Of a stretch of 64,000 bases of DNA, positions 39,830 to 50,208 are shown piece after piece. The notes under the pieces were generated by a model. It was not told where the DNA came from. It did no database searches and was given only the letters and a program-made list of their open reading frames with translations. The translations under genes and the position numbers were made by a program. This DNA is from Cyanidioschyzon merolae (Eukaryota). Every line of letters starts with the position of its first letter. Position 1 is the stretch's first letter. Where the stretch lies: assembly GCA_000091205.1 (NCBI GenBank), contig AP006489.2; one strand, written 5' to 3'.

Positions 39830-41404
39830 ATGAACGCTGAACCAGGTGTTCCCAACTCGGACCACAACCGCACACGACAAATGCCTGGTGGGAACACAAC
39901 CGAGCAGGACGCACTCGCCGATCGCTTGCTTCGCTTTCTCGATGCGTCACCGTCTCCGTACCACGCAGTCGAGACCGCAAAACTGCTTCTAGAAACAGCT
40001 GGCTATACTGAGCTTCGGGAGGACTGTTCCTGGTTGGGGCGAGTTCATCCCGGAGGACGCTATTATACGACACGCAACGAGTCAACAATCGTTGCCTTTC
40101 GAGTGGGGCGAGCGTTTCACGTCGACGCGGTGAACGGCGGTGAGCTCCGACTCGTTGGCGCGCACACCGACTCGCCGTGCTTTCGAGTCAAACCACGAAG
40201 TCGCGTGAGCGACGCAAATTATGAAAAAGTTGCAGTCGAGTGCTACGGGGGCGGCCTCTGGTACACCTGGTTCGATCGCGACCTCAAGTGTGCTGGGCGG
40301 GTCATCTGGCGCTGTGCGTCCCCAACGGACCCGGCACAGGGCACCAGCCGATCGACCAGTTGGCAGTGCACACTCGTTCATGTACGGGAACCCATTTTGA
40401 GAATTCCATCATTGGCAATCCACTTAGATCGAGAAGTGAATCAGGGCTTCGCCCCGAACCGACAAACGCATTTGGTGCCGGTTGCCGCCACCGCATTGAA
40501 CAGAACAAAGTTGCCACAGTGTCAAGAGCGCCATGCCACTGCACTTACGGGAGCAGTTATTCACACTCTTCAACAGGACATCATGCCCGTTAAAGAAGAT
40601 CCGATGAGCATCACGCGTGATGCAGGCGGTATCGTTATTCATGACTTTGACCTCTGTTTGGCAGACGCACAGCCAGCGAGCATTGGTGGCGTTCAGCGGG
40701 AGTTCATCTTCGCTTCGCGTCTAGACAACCTGTTTTCCTGTTTCGCGGCACTCGAAGCGCTCCTCTCCCTGGATTCCGAGGCTGGGGTGGAAAGCGGTGC
40801 CGAGTCGGCGGTCTGCATGGTTGCGCTTTTCGACCATGAGGAGTGCGGTAGCGGTAGTGCGCAAGGCGCTGCGTCTCCGCTTGTCAGCGACCTGATTCGA
40901 CGTGTTCTAGCGTGTTTATGGACGGGGAAAACGGATGCAGGCGCTTTCGAGGACGCTGTTCAATACACGATCCGCCGCTCATTCTTGATCAGTCTCGATA
41001 TGGCGCATGCTGTCCATCCAAACTACGCGGAAAAGCATGAGAGTGGCCATCAGCCGCTCTTAGGCCATGGCCCTGTTCTGAAAGTCAACGCAAACCAGCG
41101 GTATGCAACTGACGGGTGGAGCGCTCATCTCCTCCGCGCTGTTGCCGAATGCTGTGATTCACCTATACCGCTGCAGGAGTACGTTGTGCGGAACGATATG
41201 CCTTGCGGCAGCACCATTGGACCCATTGTAGCTGCTGGTACCGGCGTACGAACTGTTGATGTAGGTGCACCAAGTCTTTCAATGCACTCGATTCGGGAAA
41301 TGGCGCATGTACGAGATCTATGGTACACCGTCAAGCTTTTGCAAGCGTTCATGCGATGTTTCGGTGAGGTCCGGGCGTCGCATAATACAGCGTGCGTGAC
41401 GTAG
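39830..41404 (+). CDS. DNPEP: aspartyl aminopeptidase (M18 family)
   Basis: ..LLRFLDASPSPYHAVETAKLLLETAGYTELREDCSWL..TRNESTIVAF..LRLVGAHTDSPCFRVKPRS..YGGGLWYTWFDRDL..LRIPSLAIHLDREVN..MAHAVHPNYAEKHE..NDMPCGSTIGPI..LSMHSIREMA aligns along its whole length with human DNPEP. Start taken as the ATG at 39830 (MNAEPG); the ATG at 39881 is an alternative. It begins 43 nt after the element end, in the same frame as the element ORF. Confidence 0.85.
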   Translation: MNAEPGVPNSDHNRTRQMPGGNTTEQDALADRLLRFLDASPSPYHAVETAKLLLETAGYTELREDCSWLGRVHPGGRYYTTRNESTIVAFRVGRAFHVDAVNGGELRLVGAHTDSPCFRVKPRSRVSDANYEKVAVECYGGGLWYTWFDRDLKCAGRVIWRCASPTDPAQGTSRSTSWQCTLVHVREPILRIPSLAIHLDREVNQGFAPNRQTHLVPVAATALNRTKLPQCQERHATALTGAVIHTLQQDIMPVKEDPMSITRDAGGIVIHDFDLCLADAQPASIGGVQREFIFASRLDNLFSCFAALEALLSLDSEAGVESGAESAVCMVALFDHEECGSGSAQGAASPLVSDLIRRVLACLWTGKTDAGAFEDAVQYTIRRSFLISLDMAHAVHPNYAEKHESGHQPLLGHGPVLKVNANQRYATDGWSAHLLRAVAECCDSPIPLQEYVVRNDMPCGSTIGPIVAAGTGVRTVDVGAPSLSMHSIREMAHVRDLWYTVKLLQAFMRCFGEVRASHNTACVT

Positions 41405-42331
41405 GTGCACAGATGGGGAATTACCGTTCGAAACGCGCACAAATGATGAGCTGACCGTGAATGATACGTAAAGAGAGTCCGTTGCACGATCTGCTGTCGA
41501 TTTCTGTACGCTACGAGCTACAGGCAGACTTTTATAGCGCACCCGTTTCGCGGAGACATCCAGCATTGCATATGCAGGGAAAACCTGTTCCACGAAACCG
41601 TCGCAAAGCTTGTTCGCTTTCGCTCTTGATCAAAAAAGCCCAGGTCACGAGCGCGGTCGTGCAAGACGCCAGCAACAACCCACCATGGTCAAAAGATGGA
41701 TCCGCAGCTTGATCGAGCAACATCCGATCGAGGTTCGCCGCTGTCAAGACACCTTTGACGCCACGAATCGACCGCTGTGGTGCGTCTGTCTCCAAAGTGG
41801 CTCCAGAAGTCAGGCTCGCCGGCAAAAAAGCATCCTCGATACCAGTAATCGACCGCAACGGGAGGTGCTGCATACGACTCTGTCCGAGAGAAACCAAATC
41901 GAATCCGTCGTTTCATCAGCAGCTTCAGTTGGTCGCGGGACAACGCAAAGCCCTTCTTACGTCCAGAAAAGCTCGTGCGGAATCAGCAGGGACACAGAAG
42001 CGACAGCCGTGGCGACAGCAGGGAGCGCAGCTTGCCGTGCAGCAGCCCCTGAAAGCCAGCGCTCGTCTCCGTCTGCGCCGTACGAGCTGACTGTTACGTG
42101 CAGCGAAGCCACAAAATACCAGCGATGGGTCAGTCGAGTTTTGCACGTAAAAAGATGCAAAAAGAGGAGCACATAAAGACTTCTCTAGCGCGGATAGACC
42201 GTGCGAAGGTAAGCTGTACGACGCTCTACCGAGAGCGCTCAAAAGTACTCCTGCCACAAACTGCTGTCCACCAGCAAATCTCTAGCGAATCGCAGCGACC
42301 TTGTACCACGCTTTCAAAGACGTTGCTCATC

Positions 42332-42571
42332 CTAAAAACGATCAGGGCCACCGCAACCACGAATCGCTGTTCCTACCGCAAGGAAGAAGCCAAACACAGC
42401 TGCTCCACCAAGGGTCGCCCGCGCCGCCAAACCAACGCGTTGCGCAACAGAAACACTTCGGTACCGCGAGGCCTCGTAGCCACCGAAGAGAGCGCCAAAG
42501 GTAGCTCCAACAGCACCACCTAGCATAGCGCCGTACTCGATCTTACGCAGGCATGCGTCGTTCAAGGCCAT
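42332..42571 (-). CDS. ROMO1/Mgr2-family small mitochondrial membrane protein
   Basis: MALNDACLRKIEYGAMLGGAVGATFGALFGGYEASRYRSVSVAQRVGLAARATLGGAAVFGFFLAVGTAIRGC... has Gx3Gx3G glycine zippers and a C-terminal IRGC, as in ROMO1 (..GFVMGCAVGMAAGALFGTF..GGTFGTFMAIGMGIRC). ATG at 42571. Confidence 0.6.
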   Translation of the reverse strand: MALNDACLRKIEYGAMLGGAVGATFGALFGGYEASRYRSVSVAQRVGLAARATLGGAAVFGFFLAVGTAIRGCGGPDRF

Positions 42572-44600
42572 GACGCTAACCACGCGACTCGAAGTACGCA
42601 AAGCAGCACGGCAGGCGATGCGCAGCGAAGCAGGCAGTCGCAGCGCTGCCGCGAGATTCCAACTGCGCTGCACGGCGAGGCAGATGCCTGTTTGTTCAGA
42701 CGTGATCAAAACCAGTGTCATGAAAAATAGCCTCTGTTGCACATGGAAAGACAAGGCATAGATGGGGTTGTGGAATATCAGAGGGTATGGGCAAAAGATG
42801 AGCATCGCACGGGGCTCGTGCACAAGGCTAACGCGCACCAACGGGTTTCGTCTGTTGCAAAGATTCTGCCCCCAAGACAGATACGTACCGGGCAGCATGG
42901 CTTTTGGATGCACGGGCATGACGAGGCCTCTTGGGAAAACATACGCTGTACCCTATGATTATGAGCAGTAGCTGCCCGATCGAATGCGTCTGGTCCGAGG
43001 CATCAATCGAACGCCTGAGCTAAAACGTTGATGGCAGCGGGCTCGACACCCATGCTCGAATACTATAGAATGGCTCCAGTTGCCGAGCTTGTGCGTGATC
43101 ACCAAGGTTTGGCTCTTTCTCTCTAGTATAATCAGCACCATCCAATGCAGGATTTTTATGCGAAAGCTCCCTCTTCCTGTTTCTTTCCTCGGATTTGAGG
43201 ATACCAGTCTCTCCTACTACGCGAGCTTCTTTTTCGTCAGTCATAAAATCTTGATGGCGGTACTCGAGTCCCGATTTCACGGTTTCTACCTACTACTGAC
43301 GATGCGTTTGATTCATCGACGGTATTTCCGACCAATGCTTCATTTGCCATGTCCATCTTCTCGGCATGCGGCCTCGATGTGCTCGTCGCAGCGGTGATAC
43401 GTTCCTGTGCTCAGCAGTTTTCAAATGTACAACGCAGTTGCTTTCCAGAGCGCAAACTGCGGGGCCCGGACGCTTCATGTATCGCTCAGTACATGCCCTT
43501 GAGAGATTCAGAGGGCTTGCCTCGATGCCCTGCTTTGCTCCGCCCAGAGCCGTATCTACGATCAGGGGCTTCTCCCGGGCGATGCTGTCGGCGAGTACCC
43601 TGTTCGATATACGTGCAAGAGCTCGCCGCGCCGTGTTATGCAGCGTTTATAGAACGTGATGTTCTCGAGTACGGAGAGAGTACCATAAAGAGAAGCTACG
43701 CCAGAGATCAAGTCGAGCAAGTTCGATCTGTCCACGGTTCCGTCACACAGAGCGACAACGCACGCTCCAATGGAAACGACCGCAGCGATCACTTAAATCC
43801 GAGGCCAGCACCCATTTTACGTGCAAAAAGACGAGGCAGGAGCACCCCGGAGCATATTCCGTGAGCGCTTCTATCCTGATGTAGGATATTGTTTCAACGA
43901 TGACCAAAAATTATGGCGACTTTGTTTTTCGAGTTACCCAGGTAATTCTATACAAAATAATTTAGTTAGATTTCGGCATGAGTCTGTGAAAAAGTCGTCA
44001 AGGCACGACGTCAAGCTCGTTTCCGCATCAGTACAAAAGCGCGAAATGATACGCCCACGATTAATCTTGAAAATTAAAGATAAGAAACCACAACACTTCG
44101 TGTTTTGAACATGCTCCACACCAGAGAATGAGAACAATGGAGACTTTGAAGTATGTAGAGCACAACGATTTCCGTTTTTTTAAAAAGCATTTTTGGAAAG
44201 CATTCAAAATCATCTTGATTCCGGGTATGGAACAAATTCCAGCAGCAACGTTTCGAGCGAGCAACTCTGAAACGACAACCGAAAATTCTAGCACTGGGCA
44301 TGGATTTGCAAGACGCTATTGCTGTGCTAACAAAGCTGATGCTTCATATGGAACATGGATCAAATAATCCAAAGACAGAAGCAGTCTCATCAGTCGAACG
44401 TACCAGTTCACAATGAAACGATTGCAGCGCATCATCGGTAAGCGAACGCACAGCAGCTTGGCGGGAAAATCCTGCAGAGCTGCGTGTTGTCGATCGATGC
44501 GTGCAGCAAGTCACGCATGATGCGCTTCTCGGGTAGTCCCGCACGGTAGACAGAGGCGGTGCACAGCACCCACGAGAATCGTTTGATAACCGCGTTGTTC

Positions 44601-44978
44601 ATGGAAACCCCCGAATTAGGTTGTAATTCTGATCTAACGGAAACGCGGGAGGTTCTAGAATACGTCCTGCACCTCGCTGAGGAAGTAGAACGAAACCGCG
44701 GGGGTGCCGTGCGCTTCGAGGATACCGCTTTACGAACGGTGGCGGAACTCGTTCGAGCGTATGTGACCCAGACACTAGTGCCCGACCTGGTTGCGTTTGC
44801 CAGGCACGCTAAAAGACAGCGGCTCCTTGCAGCCGACGTTTTGCTCTGTGCTCGACGAAATACTGACCTACGAGTCGCACTAGAGCAAAAACTGCAGCGA
44901 CCCGACTTTGAAAGCGAAGCAGATACCACCGCCGACATGCCGCTGAACGAGCCGCAGCCGGATGATGCTTTATTCTAG
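44601..44978 (+). CDS. CENP-S/MHF1 histone-fold protein
   Basis: ..LRTVAELVRAYVTQTLVPDLVAFARHAKRQRLLAADVLLCARRNTDL matches the CENP-S core (..FAKDLEMFASHAKRTTINTEDVKLLARRSNSL). ATG at 44601. Confidence 0.6.
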   Translation: METPELGCNSDLTETREVLEYVLHLAEEVERNRGGAVRFEDTALRTVAELVRAYVTQTLVPDLVAFARHAKRQRLLAADVLLCARRNTDLRVALEQKLQRPDFESEADTTADMPLNEPQPDDALF

Positions 44979-45718
44979 TGACGCGCGGGGCTTGTTGCAG
45001 AACCATATATCCCTAAGTTGTCTACGGCAATGAATATCTCACAGACGGGTGGGTTTCACGGCCGAAGCGCGCCGCTCGGAAGCGACACTGGACACCACCC
45101 AGCATCAGCTGCTGCTGCTGCCGCCTGCGGGCGCCAGACCGCACTGGCCATAGGCTGTTGCGCACCTATCGAAGGCGAACCAGCAACGATCCGTAGCTCG
45201 CTGCCCGGCACTGCCATGCGAATAGTCAACGCGTCTCTGCGGGCGAGTCGTCGGCTCATACCCGCATAGATTTCACGCCATACTTGGGATGGCGATCCGC
45301 GACGTCCTGCATTAGATTCCATCCGGCGGTGTCGCTTGGGAGCCTCGAATCCGTTGCGGCTGCTAATGTCACCCGTGCGACAGTCATCGACCAGCATCCG
45401 AGGAACGGGCGGCTGCTCGGCGTAAGCAGTCTGCCTGTCACATTCAGCCTGGAGTAGCTGGCGGCAATGAGCCGCGGGCACGTGCCCTCCGCATAGCCAA
45501 CATATCCGCACGACTCGCCACGATTCAAGCATATCAGATGACACGGGCTCGCTGGTGACGATGCCCATGTCAGGTGCGCAGTCAGTCTTCACGAGGGGAG
45601 ATCTCCACTTTTCGACCCTGCTCAGGTTGTTGCGAAACCACGATCCAGGCACTTGCTGAACTAGTCACCTAGGGCGCGCTGCGCATGGATTCGTCCGTCG
45701 CTCCGTCCTAGAACTAGG

Positions 45719-48565
45719 TCATTCAGCAGGAAGGCGTTTTGCGCTTTTTCCTGTGCGCTCTGTCGAATCATTCTCATGGTATGGGAACGGGCTTCCCAGA
45801 AAAATAATGCGCAAGAGCGCCGCGAATGGGATGTGCCATCGGCGCTGCATGAAACAAATAAGGTAGTAGCATCCCCCGGAAAACACGAAGCTGAAAAGAA
45901 AAGCGCACCTCCAAGCCGCATCTACCCATGATAGTTGCCTACGAAGCAACATGCTCGCGAGGCGCTGTAAGAAACGAGTTATCGAATAAGCAATCGCTGC
46001 CGAAAACCACCTGAGGAAAAAAGCATGAACCTGAGCAAGGTGATCGAGCATCGTGCTGAGAAGCTGCGCCCCTAGAAACTGAGTAAGACCTATCGCCGCG
46101 ATCCCTAGCGTGAGCTTATACGCGAAGTAGGCGACCTCATTTTCGCCCTTTCCCCGGATATCATACCAGTACGTTGAATTCCATTCGCGGTAGAGATCCA
46201 GAAAGCGCAAACTGGTGCGCCGCAGCAGGAAATAGTCCGCGAGAATGATCCCCGTCAGCGTTCCCGCTAAAGCGCCCATCACTGGCAGCACAATCCGTCG
46301 CAGACCCGTGGCACCCAAAAAGAGCGTGACACCGAGCGAGCTCGCGGCCAGCGACGTGGCCCCAATGGCAAGCACTGCGGTGATTGCCCGCGTGAGCAAC
46401 CCGTGACCAAAGAACTTCTCGAGCGACCGGCGTGCTGGCATTAGATGCACGGCATTGTTCGAGAGAAGCACGGCTCCAGCAAAGCACAGCGCTGCAGCGG
46501 GCCGCGTCCAGGCAAAAGCGTCCGCAATGAGCGTGGACGGGGCGAACAGCCGCTCCAGAGAGTCAAGTGTTGAAGCGCCCCAGAACAACTGACTCAGATA
46601 GCTCATCGCAAAGATCGTTGGAACAACGCCCAGCGCCACGCCCATCAGTTGGTGTGTCTGGTCCTTGGCTCCCTTTGCAACATCGCCATACGTCACAATG
46701 GGCAAGGCTAGTGCGCTCCCCACGAGACAAGTAAGCGGAAGCATCATCGAGGGATCGAAGACGCCATAGGCAGCTGCTCGTTCCAATACACCACTCCAGA
46801 CAGAACGATTCCATCCGGTCGCCGGTAACGATGCGACCAAGCCCGGCACTAGGCCCGACGCGGCTATGAAAGACCCAGATAGCCACAGCACAGGTGCAAC
46901 CGTGCGGCTCAAGATAACTGCCCTGCCAACGTTTCTAGCATAACGCGGCACACTGAGAGTCGTTTGCGCTGAACGCGCATCCTGTTGTGGGGTCAATCGA
47001 AAAAGCCCCCACAAGGGCGGCTCTTCCGAATACGGCGTCAGTGTCATCAACGTCTGTTGCCTGGCGAGTGGCCCGCTCTGGCTCAGCAGCACAAGCTGCA
47101 ACACATAGAAGACCAGTTTCCCCGTTGACCGAGCAATCGCTGGTTCTACGCGCACCGTCGAAAGCCAGGGAGGACAATGCCGTGCGAGCGCCGTCAACAA
47201 CGGGCTCATCCCAGCAAACGCTTCTGCAAGACATGCGGCTCCAAACGCTGAAGTGATGCTGTAGATCAGCACCGCTATCATAATTCGCGTGCAGCAGAAT
47301 ATCAACCTGCCGCCCCGATGACCAAAGGCGGCTCTGCTAACGACGCCCGTACTGGTGCCGTATCGTGTCGTAGGATGCACTAAGAGCGCCGTCAAAAGCA
47401 CAAGAGCTAGCGACGCAAACGTTAGCGTCAACACAGACGCAGACATGCCGTGCCAAGCTAGCACTTGTACAAGCTGAGGCAGCGCTCCGCCGTACCTGGA
47501 CCCCGCAACCCCATCGGATGCGATTTTCTCTGCCAGTTGGCTCGCGATGGGAGCCCCTGCCCAGCTCATTGCATTGAGCGCACATAACAGCCAGAGCGCA
47601 CCATTATTGATTGTCTGGGTGAACCACCAGAATGCGAGCGAGAAACCATGCTGTGCTCGCGACCTCGCTGGAAAGTACTCGCCAAGCGTGCACTTCCAGT
47701 CCAGTTCGCTGGGTTGTACGAGCGGCTCGTACGGCTTCGAGCCGCCGCCGCGGAAGAGCCATCCGAGGCCCCAGGCAACGTCGGCGATGAGTAGCAACAG
47801 GATACCCAGTTGGACGGGGCGCTCAAGTCGTAGTGCTGCAGGAAAGTGCGGTGAAACAAGCCAGATAAAAAGAAGTACATACGCTGCGAGCCACGAAGCC
47901 GAAACATAGCGACCCAGCAATCGAACACGAGCGCGAAAGAGCTGAGAGCGCAGCATCCACAGAGCGTGACCCCAGGTCGACTCGCTTTCACTTGCATCCA
48001 GGGTTTGTGCTGGAGGATCAGCGTGCACTCTTGCTCGATTCGCGTTGGGCTCTACGTCACAATCTCGCCAAGTTGAGAAACCGCCGCGCCGCACCTGAAG
48101 CCGCCTCACTCGGTGCACAGCCTTGACGCAGGGCTTAGGTCCTAGCTTGGCGTCTACTGGTGCCCAGCTGCTTCTTCGATAGGTGCCGTACCAAGCATCA
48201 ACGACCTGGAAACACTGGACGCAGCTGCCGACGAAGCCCAGTGCCCTATCCGCGCTCCAGGGTTTGCCGATCGGCACCCAGTGCGACCGGCAACGAGTAC
48301 GTTCCCCGCCGCGACACCAAAGTAGCGGTTGTAGTGTTCCGGATACCCTCACTTCTGAATATGGATCGCAGCTCCCGCGAAAGCACCTCGGTTGCATTGT
48401 CCCGTGACACGACAGCACGTCGACGGATACCCGCAAGGCACCAGCGGCAGCAACAAAAGCAGTACAGAATACTTGACCGCTGCAGCGACGCGTCGTCAGC
48501 CACAGACGTCTGAGATTGCAATGCATCCCCGAAGCGCTCGCTCTGCTCTTTTCGTGGTATTGCAT
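45719..48565 (-). CDS. polytopic membrane transporter; the C-terminal half is NCS1-like (nucleobase:cation symporter-1 family)
   Basis: Many hydrophobic segments. The C-terminal region ..GIILADYFLLRRTSLRFLDLYREWNSTYWYDIRGKGENEVAYFAY.. resembles the NCS1 signature around TM10-11 (..ADYwLvRrg.l...LY...YyY..G.NwrA..A). The N-terminal ~220 aa of the open frame look non-protein-like, so the real start may be the ATG at 47956 (MLRSQLF..). Confidence 0.5.
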   Translation of the reverse strand: MQYHEKSRASASGMHCNLRRLWLTTRRCSGQVFCTAFVAAAGALRVSVDVLSCHGTMQPRCFRGSCDPYSEVRVSGTLQPLLWCRGGERTRCRSHWVPIGKPWSADRALGFVGSCVQCFQVVDAWYGTYRRSSWAPVDAKLGPKPCVKAVHRVRRLQVRRGGFSTWRDCDVEPNANRARVHADPPAQTLDASESESTWGHALWMLRSQLFRARVRLLGRYVSASWLAAYVLLFIWLVSPHFPAALRLERPVQLGILLLLIADVAWGLGWLFRGGGSKPYEPLVQPSELDWKCTLGEYFPARSRAQHGFSLAFWWFTQTINNGALWLLCALNAMSWAGAPIASQLAEKIASDGVAGSRYGGALPQLVQVLAWHGMSASVLTLTFASLALVLLTALLVHPTTRYGTSTGVVSRAAFGHRGGRLIFCCTRIMIAVLIYSITSAFGAACLAEAFAGMSPLLTALARHCPPWLSTVRVEPAIARSTGKLVFYVLQLVLLSQSGPLARQQTLMTLTPYSEEPPLWGLFRLTPQQDARSAQTTLSVPRYARNVGRAVILSRTVAPVLWLSGSFIAASGLVPGLVASLPATGWNRSVWSGVLERAAAYGVFDPSMMLPLTCLVGSALALPIVTYGDVAKGAKDQTHQLMGVALGVVPTIFAMSYLSQLFWGASTLDSLERLFAPSTLIADAFAWTRPAAALCFAGAVLLSNNAVHLMPARRSLEKFFGHGLLTRAITAVLAIGATSLAASSLGVTLFLGATGLRRIVLPVMGALAGTLTGIILADYFLLRRTSLRFLDLYREWNSTYWYDIRGKGENEVAYFAYKLTLGIAAIGLTQFLGAQLLSTMLDHLAQVHAFFLRWFSAAIAYSITRFLQRLASMLLRRQLSWVDAAWRCAFLFSFVFSGGCYYLICFMQRRWHIPFAALLRIIFLGSPFPYHENDSTERTGKSAKRLPAE

Positions 48566-50208
48566 TGATGAGCTTTTCTTGAATGCGTATTGTTCACGAT
48601 TGGAGTGAAGCAATGAGGGTCTACGGATGCATACCTAGTTTTCGTATTCTTGATTGTCTTTTATCGAATGGCTTCTTCGACTTGACATCGCAGGATTTCG
48701 TGAGAGATCGCCAGAATCGACATCACTTGCGAGGCCCTGAACGTAGCGTTCGTCAAATAATTGAGAACATGATCCAGTGTATTGGTAGAGGCGTCCGCTC
48801 TACTGCTTTCTTTGTGTGCAACATGCTCAAATCATGCATGCTTCAAGTTTTCCATGTTTTTGTTACGTAGCAGCTGTAAGGTACAGCAATTCTCGCAGCT
48901 GCATTTGCGAGGAATATGATTGACATCTTAACTTGGCGACTGTTTCTAACGCGCATACCGAAAGATCTCAAATTTTGGTAACTCCAATCATCGGGTCGGT
49001 TCGAAAGGAAAATCCTCCACTGGCTGAGACAATTGACGAAACGAGTTTCGGCATCTGTTTGGTGCGTCTCACACTGTATACTTCCACCGTCTGCCGTCTT
49101 TTCTCGCAGCATACGAAAGGGTGCTGGGCTCGAGCTTGAAATCGACACAGCGATCGATCCTAGCGGAGCGGGTGTCAACGCTACCAACAAGGGCGCGTCA
49201 TCGAATCGACTTTGTTCGATTTTCCCCAAGCCTGGAATTTCCTTTCGGTACTCGACTCGTACTGGGCAGCAATTCGTTCCAGCAATGCTCTATCAAGTGG
49301 TTTAGCGTGCACGTGCGCGTCCAGCGGACAGTCTACTCGTCCAGGGTATCACGCAGCACTAGCCCGCGATCGTAAGGCCCCGACCGGGTGCCGCAAACCA
49401 TGGCATCAGGGCAAACCTTCCGGATCCATCGACGACATGTACGGAGCGATGAAGCACACCTCGAAGTCGCAAAGGATCGCCCTCAGAGAATCAGGTGTGG
49501 TGGTGGACATCCTAGAGAACACCTGGCCGCGGTCAAGTGTCACCACTGCGAATGGCGTACCAATGCTGTATGCGAACTGGATCAGCGTCTCAAACGAAGT
49601 GTAGATCACAGCTTCTACCAGTGCATGGTATTCGTCGGCAACAGCCGGATACATCGTAATGGGCCTTTAAAACTGTCATGAGCATGCTTCGAGTGCTGCC
49701 AGCAGAACTGGTGCGACAAGGGCACCGGCGTATTGAAAGCCGGTGACAAGAGAGAGGCAATGAACGTAGCTTCGGAAAATGCCCCGCATATGCTATCGCT
49801 TCTGATAGCCCGAGGGTGCCAAAACTCTACCTTATGCGCCAGTTTTGGATACCCGTTCCATTGTATTCCGATATGGACGTAGCGTCACCACTAGCACGGT
49901 AGTGAATGCTTTCATCGAGGTATCCATGGACAACATTGGAAAGAAACGCTACCTGAATCCAGATCAAGCGACATGATGCGTCTTGGACCGTGGGTTCGGA
50001 GCCGCAAAAACGCGGACGCAACACCAACTTGGATATGCTGCGCTCCAGCAGGGAACACGACGTTCCGCATGATACACGTCTCTTCCGAGGCGAGATGCCG
50101 CATCCTAGATACCGATGCGACGAACCTGGGCGTTGTCGCTCAGTAGCCTACGCATGATGCCGGACATCCTCAATGAAATGCCAGTCACAACTATGTGCGC
50201 AAAAAAAC

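Noticed and set aside
37832-41404. Treating the 1190-aa ORF as one genuine nuclease-aminopeptidase fusion protein
   Set aside because: The first 651 aa lie inside a repeated element whose other copy is fused to a different gene. The aminopeptidase part has its own ATG (39830) at the position where orthologues start. The continuity is more parsimoniously an open 3' end of the element ORF. It is flagged as a finding rather than called as a fusion gene.
41610-42176. ORFs 41610..42176(+), 41755..42090(+) and others between the aminopeptidase and ROMO1 genes
   Set aside because: They overlap in several frames and have Arg/Ser-rich composition with no domain. They lie in the 3' flank and promoter region of real genes.
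44400-45660. ORF 45056..45652(-), a 198-aa product with a CxxC..H..C-like cluster (ICWLCGGHVPAAHC)
   Set aside because: It has no recognisable family and a low-complexity C-terminal half. It overlaps the 3' flank of the CENP-S gene on the opposite strand. Evidence is insufficient for a confident call.
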